This document shows, piece by piece, positions 12,323-25,512 of a stretch of DNA of 64,000 bases (within the stretch, counting starts at the first letter, position 1; the number at the start of each line of letters is the position of its first letter). A program made the translations under genes and the position numbers. This DNA is from Cycas panzhihuaensis. Taxonomy: Eukaryota > Plantae > Cycadophyta. The notes under the pieces are model-generated. The model did not search any database. It was not told the origin of the DNA and saw nothing but the letters and a program-made list of their open reading frames with translations. The stretch spans positions 161,827,741 through 161,891,740 of the forward strand of contig CM041465.1 of the NCBI GenBank assembly GCA_023213395.1, read 5' to 3'.

Positions 12323-15300
12323 ATGGTTGCATATTAGATTGAACAGTCACTACCAAAGTTTAATGGATCTGCCTATCTTCCTTGGTCAAGATAAATGCAA
12401 GTCATTTTACGATCAAAGGGTTTGTGGAACATTGTTGCTCATGGTTTTAATCTTCCTCAACCAACTTTACCTGATGGAAAAGTAACATATGATCAAGAGT
12501 TAGAAAAGGAAGAATTATTAAGGAAGGATAGTGATGCACTCTCGATCGTATATATGTCTGTTGTTAAACAATTTTTTCCTCACATATATGGGGCTTCTAC
12601 CTCCCATGAAGCTTGGAACATATTAAAAACTGGTTATGAAGGGGCCATACCTTAAAGACTTCAGAATCTGAGATTAAACTACGAAAATTTAAAGATGATG
12701 CCTTCAGATTCGATTAATGAATTCATTACAAAAATGTAAGATTTAGTCAATCAAATGGCATATTTGGGAGAACAGATATCTGAACAGAGAATGGTCAAGA
12801 AAATATTGAGAAGTGTAAGTGAAATCAGTAAATTTGAAAATATTACGACTACCATTGAAGTAACCAAGGACTTGTCTATATTAAAGGTTGATCAATTGTT
12901 GTCTATATTACTCAACGTGGAAGATAAATGTAAAAGCAAGGCTATAAATGAAGATTTAGATCAAGCTTTTACATTAACTTCTAAATTAAGGTTGAATCGA
13001 TCTCAAGAAGCAAATGTACAACAAAATCTTCAATTCTCAAGAGGAAGATCAAGAGGATTCAATCAAGGAAGAAGCTGGAATTTGTCAGGTACAAATCAAG
13101 GAAGAGGATGGAATTCTACAGGGCCAAGTCAAGGAAGATGTTGGAACTCTTCAAGATCAAGTTGGAATTCTTCACCTTTAGGTAGAGGTGCATCTCAAGG
13201 AAGGGGCAGGGGTTATGGTCCTCAATGCTACCGATGTGGAAAATTTGGACATATGGCTAGAAATTGTTATTTAGCAAACACTATTACAGACACCTAACAT
13301 AACTCTTCTAAAGGTGAGAGTTTATTCTATATTAGTTTAATGGCAAACTCTTTGACAAACGATGAATGGTTTATTGACTTTGGATGCTCAACACATATGA
13401 CTTACAATACTGAATCTCTTTTGAAAATTAATAGGGATTAGAAAGGGAAAGTTATATTTGGATATGACAATACCCAAGAAGTTCAAGGAAGGGGAACAGT
13501 CTCCATTAAAACAAATGGCAGGGAAAACAAAGACATTCATAATGTTTTACTTGTTCCAAGATTAAATAAAAATTTATTGTCAGTTGGGCAAATGATGGAA
13601 CAAAGATATAGGTTAGTATTTGATGATGGGGAATGCAAGATTATGATTAGAAAAGAAAATTTTCTTTGATTGCCAAAGGAAAAATGACTGAAGACAGATT
13701 GTTCAAATTAGCTCTATGTTCCTAAAATGTTGCTTTGAATGCATCTGTCAATAATGATAGTATTCTGTGGCATCTTCGCTATGGATGCTTGAACTATGGA
13801 AACCTTATCAACCTAAGAAAGAAAGGCATGGTTAGTGGTCTCACCTTTATTCAAAGCAACAATGATATTTGTGAAGGATGTATTTTGGAAAACATCATAG
13901 AAACAGTTTTCTTGAATCTAGTTTTCAATCTCAAGCTCCATTAGAATTAGTTCATGTTTATTTATGTGGGCCCATGAAGAATGCATCATATAGAAAAGCA
14001 AGATATTTCATGATTTTGGTTGATGATTTCATAAGAAAGATTTGGGTTTACTTTCTTAAGGAAAAATTAGAAACATTCTTAAAATTTATAGAATTCAGAG
14101 CCATTTTTTAAAGATAAAGTGGATTCAGAATAAAAGTCCTTCATTTAGATAATGGGGGAGAATTTATCTCCAATGACTTTAAGGATTTCTATAGCAAAGT
14201 TAGAATAAGAAGACAGTTTACAACTCTTTATACTCCCCAACAAAATGGTGTGGCTAAAAGGAAAATAAGGACGATTACAGAAATGGCAAGAAGTATGCTT
14301 AAAGGTAAAAAATTAAATGACTCTTTTTGCAGTGAAGCAATAAATACTGCCGTATATTTACTAAATAGAAGTCCAACCAAGGCATTGAAGGATATGACTC
14401 TAGAAGAAGCATGGACAGGTAAGAGGCCTGATGTAAGTAATTTAAGAGTGTTTGGTTGTGTTGCTTATGCCCATATTCCTGATCAGAAAAGAACAAAGTT
14501 AGAAAGCAAAAGCATTAAGTGTATCTTTATAGGCTATTCAAGTGAGAAAAAGGCCTATAGACTTTATGATCCAATTGCAAAGGTTTTCTTTGTGAGCAGA
14601 GATGTTATCTTTGATGAACATGGTGAATATAAGGGTGAAGACAACAAAGGTAAGGAAATTTTGATTGAGATTGGTACCTCAGAAAGGAAGACAGATACAA
14701 ACTCAATTAAAGATTCAAGCTCAAATCAACAACAAGGACATGATCCAAAATGGCTTATAAGAAGTCATAATCCTAAAAATATTTTGGATTGTGACTTTAA
14801 CAAAAGATTCACGAGATCACAAGCTAAGTTAAACTATGCTCTAATGTCTCAAGTGATGCAAAAAGATGAACCTCAAACTTTTGAGGAAGCTACAAAAAGT
14901 AATGAGTGGACTCAAGCAATGGAAACAGAAATCGATGCCATAAATCGGAACAAAACATGGGATGTGGTTAAATTAAGTAAGAATGTCATTGGAACCAAAT
15001 GGATATATAAGACTAAATACAAAGTGGATGGTACCATTGACAAGTATAAGGCAAGACTGGTTGCAAAGGGCTATGCTCAACAAGAAGGTATAGATTATGA
15101 AGAAACCTTTGCTCCAGTTACTAAGATGACTATCATTAGCTGTATCTTATCTCTTGTTGCTCATCTTGGTTAGAAGATCTATCAAATGCATATAAAATCA
15201 ACTTTTCTCAATGGTTTTGTTGATGAAGAAATGTATGTCTCTCAACCTCAAGGTTTTGAAGTTAAGGGACATGAGCACTTGGTGTGTAGACTCAAAAAGG

Positions 15301-16410
15301 CCTTATATGGACTAAAACAAGCACCAAGAGCTTGGTATGCAAGGATTGACAAATATCTTTAGGATAAAGAAGTAATTCGGATTCAAATCTTTACATAAAG
15401 ACCTCCAAGGACTCTATTTTGATTATTGTAGTGTATGTTGATGATTTAACTTACACTGGTAATGATGATGAGTTACTTTAAGAATTCAAAAGAGATATGC
15501 ATTTTGAATTTGAGATGACAGACTTGGGACAATTACACTATTTTCTTGGAATTGAAGTATGGCAGGATAATAGTGGAATATATATGTCTCAAAGCAAATA
15601 TGTATGGATATCTTAAGGAAATTCAACATGAGTGATTGTAATTCCTGTGCCACTCCTATTGAAGTTTGATTAAAGCTAAGTAAGTATGAAGAATCCATTT
15701 CAGTTGAGCCCACTCTATATCATCAGCTAATTAGAAACCTCATGTATCTTACTAATACCAGACTAGACATAACATATGTTGTCAAACTAACTTCAAGGTT
15801 CATGGCAAATCCTAAGCAGGAACACTAGAATGCTGTCAAGAGAATCCTCAGATACATTAAGGGAATAATTGATCATGGTCTTTTTTATAACTCTTCAAAC
15901 AATTGCAGCCTGATTAGCTATTCTGACATATATTGGGCCAATGATATGGAAGATAGAAAATCTATTATAGGTTATATCTTTAATATTGGTTCAGCAGCAA
16001 TATCTTGGAACACAAAGAAACAACCCACTGTATCATTATCCACAGCAGAAGTAGAATACAAGGCAGTTGAAGCGGCAAGTTGAGAAGTTATTTGGATTAG
16101 AAGACTACTTGAAGATCTACATAAAAGGCAAAGTGATCCTACAGTAATTCATTGCAACAATCAAAGCACAATTCAAATGTCAAAGAATTCAGTCTTACAT
16201 GCAAGAACAAAGCATATTGAGATTAAACATCACTATATTCGAGAGCTGGTTCAAGAAGGAAAAATTGAACTTGTACATTGCAAAATAGAAGATCAAATTG
16301 CTGATATATTTATAAAGGCTCTACCAAGGACCAAGCATTACAACCTTAAGGAAGGTTTGGGAATTCTTCAAAATGTGCATTATGGGGGAGTGCTAGAAAA
16401 CAACTTGTAA
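12323..16410 (+). pseudogene. gag-pol of Copia C
   Basis: ORF fragments include gag, the CYRCGKFGHMARNC zinc knuckle, LWHLRYG, LELVH..LCGP, integrase core, [26 protein letters not shown] (RT) and HARTKHIEIKHHYIRE (RNase H). Confidence 0.95.
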
Positions 16411-17539
16411 TGCACATTTGTTGGCTTACAGGGTTCATATCTTTACAATATCATTAGTGGTCGGTTTATATTATACTCATGGATTTATGAGTATTTAAAC
16501 TTTATACTTTGTATTTTTTATTATTGAAGAGGAGGTATCTCACGATACCATTTCAATCTTGGAGTTTTTGTTTAAATTGCAGATCCAACATAGTTAACAT
16601 ACTCTACTGTATTGATCTTCTGTCTCATTCAACATATCTGAATACATCTATACACTAATAATTTGTTAGTTTTGAACCCATATTATATGCATCTAGCATC
16701 ACATATGTAGATTGTAAACACACTAAGATTCAAATTTAAAGTTACAAGCAGGCAGATATTGAGAGTATATACTTATGTTACAAAGTTTTTCTTAGTGGAG
16801 ACACAAATAGTACATATATATTTGTAGATCATATGTGCTAATCAAGTGACCAGAAGAATGTGTTTAAAGAGGCTTAATTATATTTTCAAGGAAGTTGCCT
16901 TATTTTTAAGTACTTATGACTACTTCAGCAAGTATATATGTCACCTATGGAGCTTATTTTTATAACTTTCTACTCCAGAGTATTCTTTATTTTTGCCTGA
17001 ATGAAATAAGTGGTCACACACCTATATTTGGTTTGAATCAAGTAATCCATTTAATGATTTAAAGTTGATAAAAAAAAAATTAATATGGTTTATGTACTAA
17101 GGGCTCTTTGTTAAATTTGATCTCTTTACATTGTTTAAGGCATAAGTTTACCATAAAATATCATAATCAAGTATTATTTAAAGCAGTGAACTCTTATTTT
17201 AATTTTCCATAGAGTGGATGCTCTTTTAAATATTTTTGAAGTCATTTGATATACTATTTTTATGTTAAAATTTAATGCTAGTTTATGGGCTTCCTATAAG
17301 TTAACCCTTAAATAAACTTATCAAAACTTCACTTTATAATCAAAATTTAATATAAATTTTCATCTTGGAGGAGGTTGAGTCCCAGTTGGGATATTTATAC
17401 ATGTCATGATGTTAAAGGAGGGCAATTTGGCTTATGTTTTAAGTACTTTTCATTTCCTTATTTAAGTGCATTTTATCAAAGCAGTTAACCTTTTCAAAGC
17501 ATTTTTATTTTAAGAAAAGTTCTTTATTGTAACTTTTAA

Positions 17540-20500
17540 TATAAGCAGTATAGTGGTGCCTAAGTTTAATGGTACTAATTTCTTAAATTAGAGTTATAGG
17601 ATAAAGTCTATTTTTGTATTAAAAGACATGAAATTTGATTGAAAATGGATATGGTACACTTAATTTGAATACTATTATAAATTAAATGAAAACCTTTAAG
17701 GAGAATGAAAAGAGAGATAATGAAGTCTTAGCATTTATCTTTTATGAATTAGAGGACCGTATCTTCCTAAGAGTTAGTGAGATGACTACATTAAATAAGG
17801 TATGGAATGCTTTAAACACCATCTATGAAGGAACTACTACATTAAAACTTTAAACACATTTATAGAATCTAAAGAACAAATTTAAAAATTATAGGATAAA
17901 TAATAATGGGGGGATAAATGACTTTATTACCAAGGTACAAGGCCTAATTAATTAAATAAGAGCCTTAGGAGAAATCATTAGTAGACAAAGGATGGTAAAG
18001 AAAATCCTAAGGTGTATTAATGATATCAAGAGATTTGAAATAGTAGCCATAAGCATTGAGGTTTCTAAAAACCTAACTACACTCAAGACTAATCAACTTA
18101 GTATAATATTAATTGTAGTTAAAGAGAAGAAAGATGATAGTAAGTCATTAGAATATATATTTACCATTAAGGCAAAGATTAGGCCATCCTTTGAAGGCTA
18201 AAGTTCTAGGGAAAGAGGTCAATCCCATAGAGTAAGAGGAGAAAACTTTAGAAACCAAGGGTAATTTCATCAAGGATAAGGTCAATTTATCAAGGTCAAG
18301 AGTAAGGATAATTCTATCAAGTTTAAGGTCAATTCCATCAAAGATAAGGTCAAGGACAAAGATAATACTATTAAGGCCAATTTAACCAAGGACGATGATA
18401 AGGTTTTGGACTTCAAGGAAGAGGTAAAGGATAAAGTCCAAGGGGAAGGAATCAAGGGCAAAGAAGAAGAAGTCCTAGAGGTAGAGGAACAATATAATGC
18501 TCCTAATATCATAGAAGTAAACACTTAGAAAATAATTATTTTATAAAAATGTCCAACATGCAAAGAGGGGCAATTAATATAGTAGTTAAGAACTAAGAGA
18601 GAATGAGATATTTTTCATATCTACTTTAATAGCTAATGAAGAGGAGGATAGTTACTACATTGATTTAGGTTGTTCTACTCATATGACACATAAGAAAGAA
18701 TGGTTTAAGAAGTTAGATAATACTCAAAATATATAAAATTATATTTAAAGATAATATTACTCAAGCTATAATAGGTAAAGGAAATATAGCTATCTAAATA
18801 GATTTTAGAGAGACTAAGTGAATTAACGATGTATTTCATGTCTATGCACTCAAGAAAATATTTTTATCAGTGGTACAAATGATAGAGTAAAAGTATAAAG
18901 TTATCTTTAACACTAGTGAGTGCATCGTTAAGGACAAGTTACGGAATAAATTAATAGTTGCTAAGGGTTGAATGACTAATAACAGATTATTTAAGTTAGT
19001 CATACCCCCAACTAACTACTATGCTTTAAAAGTATTAATTGATATGGATAGTGAGACTTGGCATAAAAGATCTAGCTATGTGAACTATAACAGCTTAGGA
19101 TTGATGAAAAATATGGAAATTGTGGTAGGTTTACCTAATATTAAATATGACAAAGAAGTATATGAAGGTTGTATACTAGGTAAACAATAAAGGAAAGGAT
19201 TCCATAATGATAGTTATAAGGCAAATGGACCTCTTCAACTCATATACATAGATTGATATGGACCAATAGATGTACCTTCACTTGGTGGAGCCAAGTAATC
19301 ATAACTTTAATTAATGACTTTATAAGAATGACTTAGGTTTATTTTCGCAAGTTCAAGTTAGATGTACTTTAATATTTTATTGACTTCAAAGTGATGATTG
19401 AAAGGTAAATTGAGCATAAAATATTAACCCTTAGATTAGATAATAGGAGAGAATTCATTTTACATAAATTCAAGGACTATCTCATGTACTATAGGATAAG
19501 AAAGCATCTTACTAATCCCTACATCCCTTAATAAAATAAGATAGTAGAAAGGAAAAATAGGACCATTATTGAGATGGATAGGAGCATGCTTAAAGGTAAG
19601 AATCTTGGAAATGAGTATTGGGTAGAAGCTATATATATTACTATTTACTTATTAAACAAATACATAATTAAGGTCATAAGATGGGTCATACCTAAAGAAG
19701 CTTAGACAAGTCACAAACCAAGCATCAAACACTTAAGAGTTTTTGGGTACATAGCATATGTATAATTTCTATAATAAAGAAGGATAAAGTTGAATGATAA
19801 AATTACTAAGTGCACATTTATAAGATATAATGATACATCAAGATCTTATAAATTATATGACCCTAAGGGTAAAAGAATCATTATGAGTAGGGATATCATC
19901 TTCAATGATGATGAATTCTATCAAGAGGAAGTTATTAAAAAAGACGAAGGTAAAAATATTATGATTGATATAGATTCTAACTAAAGTAATATAAATATAC
20001 CTAGTACAAGTAGAGCAGGTTCATCTACTTCAAATTAAAGGGTTCTAAAATGGGTGTAAAGGGGTCATAACCCTCAAAATATTTTAGACATAAACTTTAA
20101 GAGAAGAACAACAAGATCTCAAAGGATTAAATTTGTATTAATGACTCAAGTCATGGAATCAAATGAGTCTCAAAATTTTAAAGAGGTAAATACCCAAGTT
20201 AAATGGAAAGATGTAATGAAGGAAGAATATAATACCTTAGTGAAGAATAACACTTGAGAGTTAGTTAATTTACTACCAACAAAGAATGCCATTAGGACAA
20301 AATAGGTCTACATGACTAAGTACAAATCAAATGGTTCTATTGATTAATATAAGGCACGATTAATTATAAAGGGATATGCTCAAGTTGAAGATATGGACTA
20401 TAATAAATTATTCACACCATTTATAAGGTTAGAAATAGTTAGATTTATCATGGCTTTAGCTACATAATAGGGTTAGATAATCCATCAGATGGATGCAAAG

Positions 20501-21740
20501 AGTGCTTTCTTGAATGGGTATATTGATGAGATGATATATATCTAATAAGCTAAGGGTTTTAATGTGAAGGGAAAGGAAACTCAAAAGGACCTTATATGAA
20601 CTCAAATAAGTACCTAGAGCATGGTACTCTATGATTGACATAATTGATAAATATTTTAAGGATAAAGGATTCCTAGACCCTAACTTATATATAAAGTTAG
20701 AAGAAAGATCAATATTCATTATGGGCTTATATATGAATGATCTAACATATATTAGGAATTATGATTACTTATCCCAAAAGTTTAAGAAAGATATATACAA
20801 AGAGTTTAAAATGAAAGATTTGGGACTTATGCATTATTTCTCAGGTATTAAAGTATGATAGGATGAAAAGGGAATATTTATGTCACAAAGGAAATACACA
20901 TTAAATAGTTATATAGATTTATCATGACTAATTATAAGCCACATGCAACACCAATAGAAGTTGGGTTAAAATTATCTAAATTTAGGGAGTGAGAGTTAGT
21001 TGATCCCATGACTTATAGGTAGTTGATTATGAGCCTTATTTACTTAACTTCAACTTGACCAAATATTATGCATGTTGTCAATGTGGTTTCTAGGTTTATA
21101 TAGGAGCCTAATGTTAAACATTAACAAGTAGCCAAAAGGATTCTTAGGGATCTTAGAGGAACCATTGGGTATGGTCTACATTATAGATCATCAGGGGATT
21201 ACAAGTAGATCAACTATATAAACTCAGATTAGACAAATTGTGTAGATGATAAGTTGTCTACCTCAAAGTTATATATTTAATTTATGTTTAATAGTAATTA
21301 CATGGAATTCAAAGAAGTAGGCAATAGTACCCCTCTCTATTATAGAAGTAGAATATAAAGATGTTATAGTAGGAGCTTGTAAGACAGTTTGGTTTAGGAT
21401 ATTACTTTAAGATTTATATGATTAGTCCCACATAATTATTTTATTATAACTAGAGTATAATCCAGATGATTAAGAATCTAGTATTTCATGGTAGCACAAA
21501 GCATATTAAAATATAGTATCACTTCTATTACAACACAAAGAATTAGGAGGCAAATATCTTCATAAAGATACTTGGCAAAGTAAAGTTTATCAAATTTAAA
21601 GATACGCTTGGAGTCCCCTCCAAATGGTCATTATGGAGGAGAAATGTTAGGGTAATACCCATATTAGGTCAATAACCTATATTTTAGAGATAACATCTTG
21701 TAAGTAACTTACCTATCAAGTGTTTTTCAATACAAGGTAA
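17540..21740 (+). mobile_element. Copia element D, heavily decayed; 3' LTR starts at 21645, 5' LTR not found
   Basis: gag (VPKFNGTNF, RMVKKILR), GAG-pre-integrase, integrase, RT (KMKDLGLMHYFSGIKV) and RNase H. PPT ggaggagaaa lies before tgttaggg at 21645. Confidence 0.85.
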
Positions 21741-22505
21741 TGGTAGACCTTAAGAAGTATACCAAATCCTCTCGATCCCACCTATATATGCATGGAATCT
21801 AATGACCCTTACGTTTGTTAATACCACCCTCCTCATGGAACTCATTTGTTTATTCTTACTTTTCCATTTATGGCTCATCCTTTTACTCCTATTGTCTCAC
21901 ATCTTCTTAGCTCTTCCCAGCCTTCACTATATATACAAACTACCTCTTTCTATAATGTGATTATAAGGTAAATTCTCTTATTTATTAGTATTGTCTACCT
22001 TTTAACCCACAAGCAATAATCTCCTTCATTAAACTATGAGCTTCATAATATTTATACTCCTTCTCCAACAATACTGAACTAAAAACTAACTTTGATATCT
22101 TCCCTATAATGACTTACATAGTTCTCTAATAACCCCTAGTAAGTCTGTTGTATTAGACTAAGTAATATTTTAAATCAAATACCTTCTTACCATTATGGCA
22201 CCTTAATCTTTTGTAGCTCACCTCTACCTCACTTCATCTGTATGTCATTAGATATCTTACCATCTAGACCTAATATTCCTCCTTTCATTGTTTATTTATT
22301 TACAATCTTTAACTAGACCTTCCCTTTATCCCAATCCCCATACATATTCAAAATCTATTAAATACAATGTTTCATCTATAAGCTTCTTAAACTCCTTTCT
22401 AAAGTTATTATGAGGGTATGCATCAAATCCTTCTTTTATATAATTGTGATATATGGCATACATGAATAGACTCTAATATCTGCACATGTTACACATGGTG
22501 TGTTG

Positions 22506-22508
<3 letters not shown>

Positions 22509-22540
<32 letters not shown>
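22509..22540. repeat. (TG)16 microsatellite in the putative 5' LTR of E, directly before a TATAAG
   Basis: Read directly from the sequence. Confidence 0.95.
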
Positions 22541-22544
<4 letters not shown>

Positions 22545-25512
22545 AGAATTCTATTCTCTTTTAATGAAGGAGGTTATTTTTATATAAACTATCTATCTTA
22601 ACATGGTATTAGAGTAGATCATTCGAAGTTAATGTGAGTCAATATTTAGAGTTATCTGAAGGTCTTATTCATCATTTGAAGGAAAGTGTTTGAATACCCC
22701 ATAAATCACTTGAGAAGAGCATTCATTGTGTTGTATGGATTGTTGTACAAGTGGTTTTTTTTTAAGTGACTAAATTTAAATGAAAGTTTACTAGAAAGTT
22801 TATTTTTGAGAGTTAAACATACTTTTGTAAAAGGTCAATATCAAAATCTCTCTCTAAATATGAGATTTCTACTATTTTTTAGAAACATAGTTTTGGAAGA
22901 TCAACTATAGATTTCTCTCAAAAGAAGCAATCATTCTAGGTAAAATCTATCTTGAATTTATTTTCTAAAGAATATGGTTTATTCAAGTCCAAGTTTGTTA
23001 AATTTCTTTGAAGATTTGCAAAGATACAAGCATTTTTCTCCAAAAAAAAACTAAATAGTCATACATATTTTTAAACCATTTTTTGAGAGTTTCACTTGTC
23101 CAAATTAAAAAGTCTTTTTAGATATAAGAATTAAATTTTATTAGCTTTCATTTAACACCATTTTTTCTTAAATTTATATAACCCTAAAAATTTGTATATT
23201 CTCATACAATCATATGACCTTCTGCCAAATTTTCTCAGTACTTCTTTTTGTAAAGTTTCATTTCCTTTCTTTTCATAGTATGGCTTCATTAGTTTTCTCT
23301 CTAAGTGATACTGATAAACTTATAGGATAAAATTTTAATACTTAGAAATTAAAAATAGAAGGACTTTTGGGGGCAAAAAAAATGCCTAGAAGATAGTTAT
23401 AAGGGAGGGAAAAAAACACTCTAACATTATAGATCAAATTAGCTCGAAAGAAAGGGATAATAAGGCACATGCAACTATCATGTTATCTATTAAAGATTCC
23501 TTATTAACTCATATTGTCAAAGCTACAACATCAATAGATGTCTAGAAAGCTTTAACCTCTCTCTTTAGTTAGAAAAATATAGCTCATATAATATCCTTAA
23601 GAGAGGAGTTATACAAACTTCATTTAAGAAAAGGACAAATAGTATCAAAATTGGTGACTAAATTACCACTCTCAAAGACAACCTTGTATCAATAGGAAAA
23701 ACCATGTTAGATATAGAACTTATTTGGCTCATAATAAATAAGTTACCTAAATCATTTGACAATATGGTCAACACACTGACAACATGTGAATATATTACTA
23801 GCATTCTATTTGAGACCTTGATAGGACACATGATTTAGTAAGAACAAAGGAATAGATGATACAAGAAAGAGATAAAAATAGAGGAGGTATTCCTCTTAAA
23901 GTTAAGTATAAGAAGTTGAGGTCATCCTTAATATTCAAGAATGAGGAACAAATCATTTAAGATAGTATCAATAAAAGGTCGAGGTTGGATTGATAACCAT
24001 AATAAGATCAGATGGAACTAAGAAGGATGAGGAAGATCTAAGCCAATTCCTCCAAGAGAGTCTAGGGTTTGCTTCAACTATAAAAGATATGTTCACTTCC
24101 CTAGTGACTATAGACCACTAAATTACTTTCATTATGGTCAATCATGACGTTTTTCTAATTACTATTCTCAAAGACATACAAATAGTTAGAGAGGGAAAAG
24201 AGTCAAAGGAAACTACAATAATGAACAATATGAAGAGAAAGATGAAGAAATTATATTTATCACAACATTGGCCATGAGCCTAAACTCTAATAATGATTAG
24301 TACATAGACTTAAGGGCATTAACCCATATGACTAGGTGAGAAGAATGGTTTAAATCTTTGAGACCTTATTTTCTTAATAGATATATTAAAATTAGTAATA
24401 ATTTTCCTCTTCATATTCAAGGCAAATGGATAATGGCTATTAGAATTAATAATGAAGTCAAGAAGATTGGTAATATTCTCTATTTCCTAGCTCTTAAAGA
24501 AAAATTTACTGTTTGTATCTTAGCTTAGAACAAAGAGACTCTTAGTCATCTTTGATGAAAATGAAAAATATCTTGTATGTGACATGAGAAAGAATGGTAC
24601 TATAATTGTAAAAGGAAGAGAAGTTAATAATCTCTATAAGTTAATTTCTACTCCCACTCTGCCAACTCCTGATATAAAATCTCTTATTGCTTACACTTCT
24701 TCTAATGAAATATAGCATTCTAAGTATGGGCATATCTTAAATAAAAGAATAAAATTATTGAAAATTTTTAATATGGTGAATGGACTTATAAATATAATAT
24801 TTAAGTCCTTTATTTATAAAAGTTGTATGATGGGCAAATAACACAAACTCCAGTTCTAGGAAGGAATGTGGAGAGCTCAAAAGAAATTAAACTTAATTTA
24901 TACAGACTTATGTGGATCCAAAACTCTAAATTCTATAAATAGTACAATGTATTTCCTTATATTTATTGATGATTTCTCTAAGAAACTATGGGTATACTTA
25001 CTTTTTAGCGAATTTGAAGCTCTAGATTATTTTAAAGAGTTTAAGGCCCAAGTTGAACTAGAAAGTAAATGCAAAATTAAGAATCTCCATTTAGATAGAG
25101 GAGGTGAATATATATCAAGTGATTTCCATTATTTTTGTAAGTTGCATGGAATACAAAGATAGATAGTGGCTCCTTATATACCTCAATCAAATCAAATAGT
25201 GAAATGCATGAATAAAATAATAATAATAATAATAGCCAAAAGTTTTATAGATAAAAGAGTAATCTAAAAAATATATTAGGTAGAATTAATTAACATTGTA
25301 GTGTACTTAATTAATAGGAGTCTAACTCATGCCTTGGATAAAGTAACTCCTAAATAAACTTGGACAAGAAGGAAGCTAGACATAGGTAATCTTAAAATTT
25401 TTTGTTGCAAAGTTTAAGTTCATATTCTAAATAAAAAATAAACTAAGCTAGACAACAAAAGCATAGAATGCATTATGATTAGTTATAGTAATAAGTCTAA
25501 AGCTTATAGATA

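Larger units (their letters stand above)
10626..16590 (+). mobile_element. Copia element C, full length, 200-bp LTRs
   Basis: LTRs 10626-10825 and 16391-16590 (15 substitutions counted). TSD TAGTC/TAGTT. PBS tggtatgagag at 10826-10836. PPT gggggag at 16384-16390. Domain order gag-PR-IN-RT-RH. Confidence 0.96.

Noticed and set aside
21740-22350. Possible gene or element between D and E, and in the spacers 5300-5870, 10049-10620 and 16596-17500
   Set aside because: No motif or boundary could be recognised; probably older decayed repeat or leader sequence, left uncalled.
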